Notes: generated by a model not told the origin, from the letters alone. DNA of 64,000 nt from Bacteroidales bacterium (GCA_041686075.1 JAWLEO010000009.1:30488-94487); one strand, 5' to 3'; shown: positions 51,749-62,022, counted from the stretch's first letter. Translations and numbers: made by a program.

Positions 51749-54700
51749 ATGAAGAAAATTTCTGTTTTAATCATGTTCCTGGCCGTCCTGGGCTTACAGT
51801 TAGCACAGGCGCAGGTCAGACAGATCACGGGTACCGTGACCAGTGCAGAAGACGGGTCACCCTTACCTGGTGTACAGATTGTTGTTGTTGGCACAACCAT
51901 TGGTGCTATTACTGACGTTGACGGTAATTACGCCATTAATGTACCTGAGGATGCCGAACAATTACAGTTCACTTTCGTGGGACTGACAACTCAAACAATC
52001 GACATCGAAGGCAGATCTGAAATTGATGTAGTAATGGAAGAGGATCTCCAGGCCATTGGGGAAATAATCGTTACCGGTTATAGTGCCCGTGGTAAGAATC
52101 AGCTAACCGGATCAACAGTCCAGGTTGGTGCTGACAAATTGAGAGAGACTCCAGTCAGTTCGGTTGACCAGACCCTCCAGGGTAAGGTGGCCGGTCTGAC
52201 GATCAACACTACTTCGGGTACTCCGGGGTCGGTACAGCAGATCAGGATCAGGGGCGTAAGCTCCCTTACAGCCACCAATGATCCTCTGATCGTTATTGAT
52301 GGTGTTCCCGTAATCCAGGGTAACATATCCGGTTCGGGTGCCATGTCATCACTAACCTCACTTGCTGCACTTAACCCCGACGACATCGAGTCAATAACCG
52401 TGCTGAAAGATGCTTCTGCCACCTCGGCTTACGGTGCCAGGGGGTCAAACGGTGTTATCGTTATTACCACAAACAAAGGTAAAGTAGGTAAAACAAGGTT
52501 CAACCTTTCAACCAGCTACGGTTTCCAGAACAAAGCCGTTGACGGACGTGGGTCGCTCAGTGCTCCAGAGAGGGAAGAACTATACCTTGAAGCCATTCTT
52601 AACTCCTATGGTGAAGATTATGGCCTTTCAACCCCGGAACAGGCATATGACTTCGCGGTTGATAACAGCCTGTTTGGTATTAATTCATACATCACATGGC
52701 ATGCAGCAGGCGAACCTATGGAGGACTGGGGCGAAGTTGTCCTCAACAAGAATGCTCCTGTCTACAAGGTGAATCTCTCTGCTTCAGGTGGTGATGATGT
52801 ATCATCATTCTACACTTCACTGGGTTATCATAATCAGGAAGCCGTGGTTATCGGCAACCTTTTCGAAAGGATCACCGGGCAGCTGAATTACCAGAGAAAG
52901 TTCAGTGATAAGTGGAACTTCTCCACAACAAACACTGTTTCATATACCAACCAGGATAAGATTTTCCTGGAGACTTCAGCCTATTTTGGCAACCCCCATA
53001 TCCTGAAGTACTTCATGGATCCAACAATTCCTGCTTACAATGAGGACGGTTCATATAATATCGATTACAGCGCATCGATATTCAACATCCTCTACCTCCA
53101 GGAAAACAATATCAGGTGGAACCACATGCTCAGGCTGCTGTCGAACAGCTTCGTAGAGTATGAGATCATTGACAACCTGAAATTCAAGTCGCTTTATGCA
53201 TTCGACTATATCCTTGGTCATTACAAGCTTTACCGTAACAGGTATCATGGTGACTCCAAGGATGAGAATGGTACTGCCTATGCCAGTATCGACCAGGATT
53301 TCAACATGGTGTTCCAGAACTCACTTGACTATACTTTGAACTTCCTTGACAATCACAGGGTTGATCTGAAAGCCCTTATCGAGTTCCAGAAATTTAAGTC
53401 ATGGTTCGTTGATGCCTACGGTGAGAACTTCGTAACCGACGGTCTTACCAACGTTGCATCAGCAGGATCCAACTTTGACGGTTCATCCTCATTCAGTGAC
53501 TGGGCCAACCTGTCGTACCTTGGTATGGTGAATTATAACTACATGGGCAAGTACATTGCTGACTTCACCTTCAGAAGGGAAGGATCATCGAGGTTTGCCG
53601 AAGACCGCAGGTTCGGTAATTTCTGGGCTGTAGGTGTTGCATGGAATATGAGCCAGGAAAATTTCATGGCAGGAGCAGCATTCGTTGACAACCTGAGGTT
53701 CAGGGCATCATATGGTGTTAGTGGTAACTCGGGTGTAGGTTTGAATGCCTTCCAGTCATTGCTTGGCTATGGTGCTGACTATGCTGGGGCAGGTGCCGTA
53801 TATCCATCGGGTTACGGTAACAACATGTTGACATGGGAGAAAAACAAGAACTATGATGTTGGCTTCGACTATGCCATATTGAATAACAGGATAAGCGGTT
53901 CTTTCTCCTACTTTAACAAAGAAACCTTCGACCTGCTGCAGAACGTACCGCTGACCAGAACCTCCGGTTTTAGCAGTATTACCAGGAATGTTGGTGCAAT
54001 GGTTAACAAGGGTATCGAGACAATTATGGATCTTGAGGTTATCCGTAGCACGGACTTCAACCTGAGCTTCAATGCCAACTTTGCCACCCTCAATAACGAA
54101 GTTACGGAGCTGGCAAAAGATGCTGAAGGTAACGATATAGTTATATCGAACAGCTATAAGAGGGTAGCAGTGGGACACACCTACTACGAGTGGTACATGA
54201 GAGAATGGGCCGGGGTTGATCCTGAAACAGGACTGCCACAGTGGTATGTCAACGAAACTGACGACGAGGGTAATATAATTGACCCCGAAGCACTTACCGG
54301 AAACTACAATGAAGCTAACCGTACCTGGTTAGGCAAGAGTGCCATACCAACCTGGTCGGGTGGTGGAGGTATACATGTTGACTTCAAAGGTGTATACCTT
54401 GATGCCAATGTCTATGTTTGCGGTGGACACATGATAAACGAGGAATGGGACCACTACACATGGGATAACGGTCTTTACTCCGTTGGTTATTTCAACGGTG
54501 TTACAAAACTGCTTGAAAGGTGGCAGGAACCGGGTGATATAACCGACATCCCCAAGTTCCAGTTTGCTTTCAGGCCACAGAATGCTGTAAGCACCTCAAC
54601 ACGTGTTCTTTTCAAGGGTGACTACATGAGACTTAAGGACATTGTGCTGGGCTACCAGCTTCCTGCATCACTCCTGTCAAGGCTTAAACTAAACGGCGCC

Positions 54701-54853
54701 TCAATATATGCAAGGGGAACAAACATGTTCACCTATGCATTTGATCCTGACACAAGAGAAGGATTTGACCCGGAAACAGCGGCCAACGGATATACCGGAC
54801 TTGAAACGCCGCCTATCAAATCACTCGTATTCGGTATAAACTTAAATTTCTAG
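51749..54853 (+). CDS. SusC/RagA family TonB-dependent outer-membrane transporter
   Basis: 1034 aa with a signal peptide, a CarboxypepD_reg-like N-terminus (ITGTVTSAEDGSPLPGVQIVVVGT), a plug and a barrel ending ...FGINLNF. Confidence 0.9.
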   Translation: MKKISVLIMFLAVLGLQLAQAQVRQITGTVTSAEDGSPLPGVQIVVVGTTIGAITDVDGNYAINVPEDAEQLQFTFVGLTTQTIDIEGRSEIDVVMEEDLQAIGEIIVTGYSARGKNQLTGSTVQVGADKLRETPVSSVDQTLQGKVAGLTINTTSGTPGSVQQIRIRGVSSLTATNDPLIVIDGVPVIQGNISGSGAMSSLTSLAALNPDDIESITVLKDASATSAYGARGSNGVIVITTNKGKVGKTRFNLSTSYGFQNKAVDGRGSLSAPEREELYLEAILNSYGEDYGLSTPEQAYDFAVDNSLFGINSYITWHAAGEPMEDWGEVVLNKNAPVYKVNLSASGGDDVSSFYTSLGYHNQEAVVIGNLFERITGQLNYQRKFSDKWNFSTTNTVSYTNQDKIFLETSAYFGNPHILKYFMDPTIPAYNEDGSYNIDYSASIFNILYLQENNIRWNHMLRLLSNSFVEYEIIDNLKFKSLYAFDYILGHYKLYRNRYHGDSKDENGTAYASIDQDFNMVFQNSLDYTLNFLDNHRVDLKALIEFQKFKSWFVDAYGENFVTDGLTNVASAGSNFDGSSSFSDWANLSYLGMVNYNYMGKYIADFTFRREGSSRFAEDRRFGNFWAVGVAWNMSQENFMAGAAFVDNLRFRASYGVSGNSGVGLNAFQSLLGYGADYAGAGAVYPSGYGNNMLTWEKNKNYDVGFDYAILNNRISGSFSYFNKETFDLLQNVPLTRTSGFSSITRNVGAMVNKGIETIMDLEVIRSTDFNLSFNANFATLNNEVTELAKDAEGNDIVISNSYKRVAVGHTYYEWYMREWAGVDPETGLPQWYVNETDDEGNIIDPEALTGNYNEANRTWLGKSAIPTWSGGGGIHVDFKGVYLDANVYVCGGHMINEEWDHYTWDNGLYSVGYFNGVTKLLERWQEPGDITDIPKFQFAFRPQNAVSTSTRVLFKGDYMRLKDIVLGYQLPASLLSRLKLNGASIYARGTNMFTYAFDPDTREGFDPETAANGYTGLETPPIKSLVFGINLNF

Positions 54854-54857
54854 TACA

Positions 54858-56249
54858 ATGAAAAAATTTATATATACATTATTCACAATCGCACTGCTGG
54901 TGGGTGTACTATCCTCCTGCAGTAAGGAAGCCCTGGATCCTAAACTTGCGCAGGCCAAAGCGGTTGAGGGAAGCATAAACACCGTTGAGGATATTAAAGG
55001 CCTCGTATACGGTGCTTACAACAGGATGACCTCAAGCGGCTACTATGGAAGGGATTTTATCATCTGGGGCGAAGTAAGAAGTGACAACTGTTTCTCAAAC
55101 GGTAACTCGGGTAGATTCGTTGTTGACGCCAGGATGGATTATACCAATAGCTTCGGCGGCCACTGGTCAAATGCATATGGTGTAATAGCCATTGCCAATA
55201 TTATCATCAACACCGATCCCTCCACCATAGAAGGGGATGCAGATCAGCTCGATCATTACATCGGGCAGGCATATGCACTAAGGGCACTTTGCCATTATGA
55301 CCTTCTGATCTATTACGGACAGATGCACAATGGTGATGTTGACGACCTCGGTGTACCTTATATCAAGGAGTATAAGAGTGAAGAACTTTACCCGCCAAGG
55401 GATACATGGCAGAATAACCTCACAGATATCTATGCCGATATCGACATGGCTATCTCAATGATGGATCCCTCGCTGGATGACGGTTCAAAAGAGTTTTTCA
55501 CCTATTACGGTGCCCATGCATTGAAAGTAAGGGTGGCAACATACTTCGGCGACTGGTCTGATGTCGTAAGTGCCGCTCAAACAATTATCAACTCGGGCAA
55601 CTATGATATTGTTCCCGGTGCTGACTTTGCAAATTCGTTCCTTGTCGACGGCGCTGTGAACTCAATCTTTGAACTTGCTTTCAGCCCTGTGGACAACGCC
55701 AATATCAACGGACTGCAGTATATCTACAGGGGAACATCCTACGGTGATGTCCAGGCTCTTGAAGACCTCTACCTGGCTTTTGATGCGGGTGACGTAAGGG
55801 CCGCTCCCGATATGATAGGACCCGACCCCGATGTTCCGACCAGGGATTACTGTAACCTTGGTAAATATCCTTCATACGACTATTCGGACAATGTGCCCGT
55901 ACTGCGTTATGAAGAGATTATACTGAGCTATGCTGAAGCACTCTGGAGAATCAATCCTGCAGATGCCAATGCATTGACCCAGCTTAACCTTGTTCCTGCA
56001 GAGAGGGGTGCCCTGGCATACACCGAAGTTAACGAAGACAATATCCTCCTTGAAAGAAGGAGGGAATTCTGCTTCGAAGGCATGAGGTTCCACGACCTGG
56101 CACGTACCGGCAGGGATATTCCGTATGTTGATACCTTTAACCAGACACACCTAGGACCTGCTTACGGAACATGGAAATTTGCATTCCCGATCCCGCTTGG
56201 TGAAATGGATTGCAATCCCAATATGTTACAGAACAACGGATATGAATAG
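54858..56249 (+). CDS. SusD/RagB family lipoprotein
   Basis: 463 aa with lipobox VLSSC and the C-terminal RREFCFEGMRFHDLAR motif. It lies directly downstream of the SusC gene. Confidence 0.85.
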   Translation: MKKFIYTLFTIALLVGVLSSCSKEALDPKLAQAKAVEGSINTVEDIKGLVYGAYNRMTSSGYYGRDFIIWGEVRSDNCFSNGNSGRFVVDARMDYTNSFGGHWSNAYGVIAIANIIINTDPSTIEGDADQLDHYIGQAYALRALCHYDLLIYYGQMHNGDVDDLGVPYIKEYKSEELYPPRDTWQNNLTDIYADIDMAISMMDPSLDDGSKEFFTYYGAHALKVRVATYFGDWSDVVSAAQTIINSGNYDIVPGADFANSFLVDGAVNSIFELAFSPVDNANINGLQYIYRGTSYGDVQALEDLYLAFDAGDVRAAPDMIGPDPDVPTRDYCNLGKYPSYDYSDNVPVLRYEEIILSYAEALWRINPADANALTQLNLVPAERGALAYTEVNEDNILLERRREFCFEGMRFHDLARTGRDIPYVDTFNQTHLGPAYGTWKFAFPIPLGEMDCNPNMLQNNGYE

Positions 56250-56273
56250 AAACTAAAACACGCTATAAGAAAA

Positions 56274-56305
56274 AATGCCCCGTGCCGCGGGGCATTTTTT
56301 TTTGG
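56274..56305 (+). terminator. intrinsic terminator after the SusD gene
   Basis: ATGCCCCG-tgccg-CGGGGCAT stem-loop followed by T9. Confidence 0.75.
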
Positions 56306-56322
56306 AATATTGACTCACCACG

Positions 56323-56404
56323 CTGGCGCGAGTCTCCAGACTCGTGCCAGCTCATTTCATCAAGCTCAGAGTCAAACAGGCACAGGTCTGGAGACCTGCG
56401 CCAG
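56323..56404. repeat. inverted doublet of GGCAC-N5-TGGA-N5'-GCGCCAG hairpins
   Basis: 56323-56350 is ctggcgcgagtctccagactcgtgccag (minus orientation). 56379-56404 is ggcacaggtctggagacctgcgccag (plus orientation). Confidence 0.75.
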
Positions 56405-56475
56405 CTAAGTTCTAATGAACATATGTCCCCCCTTTTTTGTCTTAACTGTTGAATATTTTTTGTATCTTAAAGAAT

Positions 56476-57774
56476 ATGAAATCAACAGGGCCCTTTGAAA
56501 AAGTCTCCACTCAGAGTCTTGCACATCTTATTGACGGGGAAAACATAAGGATAATTGATGTACGATCACCCGGAGCATACAATGGCTGGCCATTGATGAA
56601 TGAAAAACGTGGCGGACATATCAAAAACGCAAAGAGCCTGCCCTCCAAATGGGCCGATTACATTGACTGGATAGAAATAGTAAGACACAAGGGCATAAAG
56701 CCCGAACATGATATAATCATTTATGGTTATGCTATAGATGAAAGCATTAAAGTAGCAGAACGCTTTGCAAAAGCCGGCTACGATAAACCCAGGATCTACA
56801 CCTCCTTCATTGATGAATGGTCAGCAATGGACAAACTGCCGATGCAGAGGCTAGAAAGATACCGGCATCTAGTATCGCCTGAATGGGTAAACAGTTTGAT
56901 AAAGGGGAATAGGCCCCTGCATTATGAAAATGATAAGTATATACTCGTGCATGCCCATTACCGTAACCGTGATGCCTACCTGAGCGGACATATCCCCGGG
57001 GCTATTGATATGGACACCCTGGCCCTTGAAGCACCCGAGACATGGAACAGGCGTTCGCCGTCTGAACTTAAAGAAGCACTTGAAAGCCACGGTATAACAG
57101 CCGATACCACTGTTGTGGTATATGGTAAATTTATGTTCCCCGACAATAATGATCCTTTTCCGGGAAGCGCCGCCGGAGACATAGGAGCAATACGTTGCGC
57201 CTTTATAATGATGTATGCCGGTGTGAGGGATGTCAGGGTGCTTAACGGTGGCTTCAGAGCATGGACTGATGAGGGATATGAAGTAACCTATAATGACGAG
57301 CCAAAAAGAACTGTGAATGAATTTGGCTGCAAAATACCCGCAGAGCCGCGGCTGGCCGTTGATACCCCGGAGGCAAAAAAACTTATACAATCACCTGACA
57401 GTGAACTGGTATGCGTACGCAGCAGACCTGAATACCTGGGTGAAGTAAGCGGCTATAATTATATTGAAGCGAAAGGAAGAATACCGGGTGCCGTTTTTGC
57501 CGACTGTGGCTCCGATGCATACCACATGGAGAACTACAGGAATGTTGACCATACCACCAGGGAATTTCATGAAATAGCTGATATATGGAATGCAAGCGGA
57601 ATAACTAAAAATAAACATCTTGCTTTCTATTGTGGCACAGGGTGGAGGGGAAGTGAGGCCTGGTTTAATGCATGGCTGATGGGATGGCCCCGCGTATCAG
57701 TATATGACGGTGGATGGTACGAATGGAGCAATGACCCTGATAATCCATACGAAAGGGGAGAACAGTCAGACTAG
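56476..57774 (+). CDS. eanB: multi-rhodanese-domain sulfurtransferase, EanB-like
   Basis: 432 aa from the ATG at 56476 (the track uses a TTG at 56449). Rhodanese-like repeats are present, and the C-terminal active-site loop is FYCGTGWRGSEAW. It lies immediately upstream of an EgtD-like methyltransferase gene. Confidence 0.6.
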   Translation: MKSTGPFEKVSTQSLAHLIDGENIRIIDVRSPGAYNGWPLMNEKRGGHIKNAKSLPSKWADYIDWIEIVRHKGIKPEHDIIIYGYAIDESIKVAERFAKAGYDKPRIYTSFIDEWSAMDKLPMQRLERYRHLVSPEWVNSLIKGNRPLHYENDKYILVHAHYRNRDAYLSGHIPGAIDMDTLALEAPETWNRRSPSELKEALESHGITADTTVVVYGKFMFPDNNDPFPGSAAGDIGAIRCAFIMMYAGVRDVRVLNGGFRAWTDEGYEVTYNDEPKRTVNEFGCKIPAEPRLAVDTPEAKKLIQSPDSELVCVRSRPEYLGEVSGYNYIEAKGRIPGAVFADCGSDAYHMENYRNVDHTTREFHEIADIWNASGITKNKHLAFYCGTGWRGSEAWFNAWLMGWPRVSVYDGGWYEWSNDPDNPYERGEQSD

Positions 57775-57804
57775 AAAAATTGATCCACAGTTTACGCCTG
57801 AATT

Positions 57805-58770
57805 ATGAGAGAAAATACTATTGCACTTACCGGCCTGGCCAGAGACACGCTTAAGGGTTTATCCGCTGAACCTAAATACCTTCTGCCAAAATACTTCTAT
57901 GACGACAGGGGAAGCAGGATATTTGCTGAGATCATGCAGATGCCTGAATACTACCTCACTGACTGCGAGATGGAAATATTCAGGGAGCAGAAAGAACAAA
58001 TAGTACATTTGCTTACCGATAAAGAAAAAACTCAGGAGATTATCGAACTGGGGCCTGGCGACGGGATAAAAACCGAACATTTGCTTAAACAACTTACCGA
58101 CAATCATGTCCCATTCAAGTATATACCTGTGGATATAAGCAGTAAGGCAAATAATGACCTGGTTAAAAGGTTGGTTTCAGTAATCCCCGGTATTAATATT
58201 AAACCCGAAACGGGTGATTTTTTCAAACTGATGAAAGAAATGATCCGGCAGGAGAGCACGGGCAGGAGCATCCTTTTCCTGGGTTCAAGCATAGGTAATT
58301 TATCTGATGATGAGCTGAATGACTTTCTCTCAAAGCTGTCTGCACTGACAAGGACCAATGACCGGGTATTAATTGGTTTCGATCTCAAGAAATCACCATC
58401 CGTAATAATGGATGCATATGACGATCCACATGGTCTTACACGTGACTTTAATCTTAACCAGCTTGTGAGGTTAAACAGGGAGCTGGATGCCGATTTTGAT
58501 CTGCAGTTGTTTAAACACAAACAGGTATATGAAGCGCACAGCGGGGAAATGAAAAGTTACCTGGTATCCCTGGAGGACCAGGAAGTGAATATTGCGGGGC
58601 TGGGTACTAAAGTCAGATTCAGAAAGGGGGAGTCAATATTCATGGAATTATCCCGTAAGTTCGATATGGAACAGGTAAATCATATGGCTGCTTCATTTGG
58701 CTTCAAAATACTCAAAAATTTCACTGACAGCCGAAACTATTTCCTAGACTCTTTATGGATAAAACTATAA
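57805..58770 (+). CDS. egtD: L-histidine N-alpha-methyltransferase (EgtD/EanA-like)
   Basis: 321 aa with PKYFYDDRGSRIFAEIMQMPEYYLTDCE, ELGPGDG, FLGSSIGN and DDPHGLTRDFNLN (EgtD family hallmarks). Confidence 0.75.
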   Translation: MRENTIALTGLARDTLKGLSAEPKYLLPKYFYDDRGSRIFAEIMQMPEYYLTDCEMEIFREQKEQIVHLLTDKEKTQEIIELGPGDGIKTEHLLKQLTDNHVPFKYIPVDISSKANNDLVKRLVSVIPGINIKPETGDFFKLMKEMIRQESTGRSILFLGSSIGNLSDDELNDFLSKLSALTRTNDRVLIGFDLKKSPSVIMDAYDDPHGLTRDFNLNQLVRLNRELDADFDLQLFKHKQVYEAHSGEMKSYLVSLEDQEVNIAGLGTKVRFRKGESIFMELSRKFDMEQVNHMAASFGFKILKNFTDSRNYFLDSLWIKL

Positions 58771-58788
58771 TGGATCCACCTTCCGAGT

Positions 58789-59004
58789 GGGTCAGGGGAG
58801 ATGTATTGCCTCTGGAATACTGGAATGAAGGGGTGAGCTTATATGAAGATTATAGCCTTGTAGAATGCAAGGATAAAGAAATATAGTGCTACCTGGTAAA
58901 ACAACTGAATAGTATAAAAGTCTAGTACCCTTTATCCAATCACTTAGAATAATTAACCCATTATTCCACTATTCCAGTATTCCATTATTCCAATATTCCA
59001 TAGG
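58789..59004. repeat. GGAAT-type hairpin element, inverted copy of the 15955-16090 element
   Basis: gggtcaggggagatgtattgcctctggaatactggaatgaagggg (58789-58833) ... cccattattccactattccagtattccattattccaatattccatagg (58957-59004). The first block is the reverse complement type of 16060-16090. Confidence 0.75.
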
Positions 59005-59093
59005 ATCGTGCCTGCAAATCTGAACATGGCTTTCATTTCCAAAATTATTCGTATTTTGTAGGAAAAGAACCTTAGCTAAGCCATTCGGATAAC

Positions 59094-59873
59094 ATGAAAA
59101 ACTTCAAGAAAACATTTCTATTTTGCTTATTATTCCTGCTCATTGCCGGGACCGCCCGGTCACAGTTTTACCAGGTATACGGGTATACCACACTTGACCC
59201 CAGCGAAAAAGAGCTGGTGTACTGGACATCTTATATTCCCTCCTCTGACCATACTTATTCCTTTTTTGGAAATGATGTAAGTCGAAAGGGTCTACTTGCC
59301 CATTCAATTGAATTTGAGTATGGCTTAAGCCCTGTATGGACTGTTGCTTTCTATATGGATTTTGAGCAACCTGCGGGTGAAAGCCTGAAATGGGTAAGGA
59401 CAAAAGCCGTTATGCTTCATTATTCTCTTTTTGAGAAAGGACAATTACCTATCGACCTCGCATTATACGGGGAATACAAATTGCCCAGAAAAGACTATGA
59501 AATATCAGAAGAGCTGGAATTTAAGCTAATAATGGAAAAGGATTTTGGCTCACACCGCTTCATACTCAATCCGACCTTTGAAAAAAAGATAAGCGGGCCG
59601 GATATTGATGAAGGAGTGGAATTTGCACTTAACGGGGCATACACTTTTATAAGGAGTCTCCGGTTCCAGCCAAGGATTGAATATTATTCAAAAATGGGCG
59701 AGCTATATGATATGGACATTTATGGTGACCAGAAGAATTACCTATTCCCTTCCTTTGATTTCTTCTTTGGAAAATACTACCAGTTCAGGTGGCATGCAGG
59801 TGTGGGTTTCGGATTAACCGATCCTGCTGACAATATCATCATAAAGAGCATATTTTCATTTGAATTCTTTTAA
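59094..59873 (+). CDS. outer-membrane beta-barrel protein, unknown family
   Basis: 259 aa with a signal peptide (…IAGTARSQ), alternating beta-strand pattern and C-terminal ...FSFEFF. Confidence 0.5.
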   Translation: MKNFKKTFLFCLLFLLIAGTARSQFYQVYGYTTLDPSEKELVYWTSYIPSSDHTYSFFGNDVSRKGLLAHSIEFEYGLSPVWTVAFYMDFEQPAGESLKWVRTKAVMLHYSLFEKGQLPIDLALYGEYKLPRKDYEISEELEFKLIMEKDFGSHRFILNPTFEKKISGPDIDEGVEFALNGAYTFIRSLRFQPRIEYYSKMGELYDMDIYGDQKNYLFPSFDFFFGKYYQFRWHAGVGFGLTDPADNIIIKSIFSFEFF

Positions 59874-59894
59874 CAGAAAATAAATCATCAGTAT

Positions 59895-61265
59895 ATGAAG
59901 ACTAAAAAATTTATATTTCCGCTAATAGCTGTCTCCGTTGTCATAATTCTCTCCAGTATGGTTATCCTTAATAACAGGGAAAACCAGAATAAACAATATT
60001 ATTATTTCGAAGACCCCATTGATTGCTCGGGCTGTCACTGGGACCGCTACGAGCGGTTCAGTGTATCTCAGCATTCCAAGGGTTATACAGGTGATTTCTT
60101 CCAGGCTCAGTATTTCGATCTTGTCCTGCCGTCTCTCGAACTTAACGATACGGTGGCAAATGCTCACGAAGGATGTATAGGATGTCATTCACCCTCAGCT
60201 TTTCTCTCAGATGACCTGATCCCTCCCCGGACAGAAGAGCCTGATAATCACTGGAAACCTGCAGACTACACAAAGACAAGGGCTGACAGGGGCATTTTCT
60301 GTGATTTCTGCCATACCCTCGACCGCTTTGAGCACGATCCTCCATTCAACCATGACTATATATCCCATGCTACGGCAGAGGTGGATCCCAAGCGTGCCGA
60401 TCTTCCCTTCCCCTGGTCACCACATCACGAAACACAGATGTCTGAAATTTACGAAGCCGAACAGATATGCGCCACATGTCATAATGAACTGAATCCATAT
60501 GGTGTCTGGGTTAAGGAAACAGAACGCGAATATGCTGAAAGTGTTTACCCTGACAGGGGAATACCATGCCAGTCATGCCATATGCAACCAATGCAGGGTA
60601 AACCGGCTAAAATGGGGCTTATCAGGGACCATAATACTGACCACTGGTGGGGAGGTGGATTTGCAGAGTTCGTCGAAGGTGCAGCAGGTGTTTATTTCCA
60701 GGAAGATTTCGGTACCGTATTAAAAGGTGAACAAATCGATTTTTCAATCATGGTTAAGGCACTTGCCACGGGTCATAATTTCCCTACGGGCTCAGTGGAA
60801 GAGCGTGATGTATGGCTGCACGTAAGCCTCAATAACCTGGAGGGCGAAGAGGTGCTTCATATACCCGTGCCAGAGAATCCGGAGGATCCCAATGATAAAT
60901 ATTTCATTACCAGCAATGCGAAAATTGCACACCCCTCACACAGCACTCTTTCCGATCCTATAGAAAGGGACGGTCTTACGGAAGGCGACAGGCTATATCA
61001 CAGTGCCTTTATTGATTCCGAAGGGGAATTTACCTATGCCCAGTGGTTGGCTGTTGAAATTATTGAAAACCGTCTTGAACCCCTGGAGGAAAGAATTGAA
61101 AACTATTCATTTATACCACCAGAGGATATACCCGACGGCGAATACAGGCTTACTGCAGTCCTTAAATATCGACGGATGCCTGATCCCCTGGCAGATTATC
61201 TTAACATCGACCGCAGGCCCGTCATCGAGGTTTCGAGGGATGTACGTAAGATAGAGATTGAATAA
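59895..61265 (+). CDS. membrane-anchored pentaheme c-type cytochrome
   Basis: 456 aa with an N-terminal hydrophobic anchor. It has five CxxCH motifs (CSGCH, CIGCH, CDFCH, CATCH, CQSCH) in the first ~240 aa, followed by a ~200-aa heme-free C-terminal domain. Confidence 0.8.
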   Translation: MKTKKFIFPLIAVSVVIILSSMVILNNRENQNKQYYYFEDPIDCSGCHWDRYERFSVSQHSKGYTGDFFQAQYFDLVLPSLELNDTVANAHEGCIGCHSPSAFLSDDLIPPRTEEPDNHWKPADYTKTRADRGIFCDFCHTLDRFEHDPPFNHDYISHATAEVDPKRADLPFPWSPHHETQMSEIYEAEQICATCHNELNPYGVWVKETEREYAESVYPDRGIPCQSCHMQPMQGKPAKMGLIRDHNTDHWWGGGFAEFVEGAAGVYFQEDFGTVLKGEQIDFSIMVKALATGHNFPTGSVEERDVWLHVSLNNLEGEEVLHIPVPENPEDPNDKYFITSNAKIAHPSHSTLSDPIERDGLTEGDRLYHSAFIDSEGEFTYAQWLAVEIIENRLEPLEERIENYSFIPPEDIPDGEYRLTAVLKYRRMPDPLADYLNIDRRPVIEVSRDVRKIEIE

Positions 61266-61320
61266 TACAACCTTTTAGGGTTTTATTTCGTCTGAGGAAT
61301 AGAGGAAAACGCTTTAATAA

Positions 61321-62019
61321 ATGAAAAAGATATTTCTTTTATTCTGGATATTCTGCATTGCAGTCATAAGCGCTTGCGAAAAAGATGAGTTAAAACTTCC
61401 TGCTGAAGTTAAACTGGAGTTTGACATGAACTTCTTTAACCTGGAAGGAAATACCAAAGCAGGACAAAAATTTACTGTCGATGAGGCTTATCTAATATTG
61501 AGCTCTCTTGAGTTTGACGGTAAAAGGGAACAGGGTGAGGATTACTTTTTCACCAGTCCCTTCGATGAACCTGTAAGGGCAGAAATGCATACAGGTCTTA
61601 CTAATCAAAATATATCATTTGATGTCCCCCAGGGTATTTATAATGTGATTGAATTGAACCTGGCCCTGGGAGATGGGGAAGGCCCCGCTTTACAGCTCCG
61701 CGGAAGATTTCAATTAGGACCTTTTGTTGATGTCCCCGTTCTCTTTGAATATGCTTTCAGTGAAGAGATAAGGGTACGTGCAATGAACAAGGAAGGAAAC
61801 AGGCAGGTAATATTAAAAAAGGATACCCCGGCTACAGCCACCGTAATACTGGATGCCCCATTTATGTTTCAACTGATAAATATGGGTATCCTCAAAAATG
61901 CCGAGCATTTTGTAATTGAAGGTGAGGAAACAATAGTAATAAATAACGAAAAAAATATAGATATATTTAATATACTGGCTACCAGGCTTGACAAGTCTTT
62001 ACAGGTGATTTTTGAATAA
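61321..62019 (+). CDS. lipoprotein, unknown function
   Basis: 232 aa with lipobox VISAC. Confidence 0.5.
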   Translation: MKKIFLLFWIFCIAVISACEKDELKLPAEVKLEFDMNFFNLEGNTKAGQKFTVDEAYLILSSLEFDGKREQGEDYFFTSPFDEPVRAEMHTGLTNQNISFDVPQGIYNVIELNLALGDGEGPALQLRGRFQLGPFVDVPVLFEYAFSEEIRVRAMNKEGNRQVILKKDTPATATVILDAPFMFQLINMGILKNAEHFVIEGEETIVINNEKNIDIFNILATRLDKSLQVIFE

Positions 62020-62022
62020 ACA

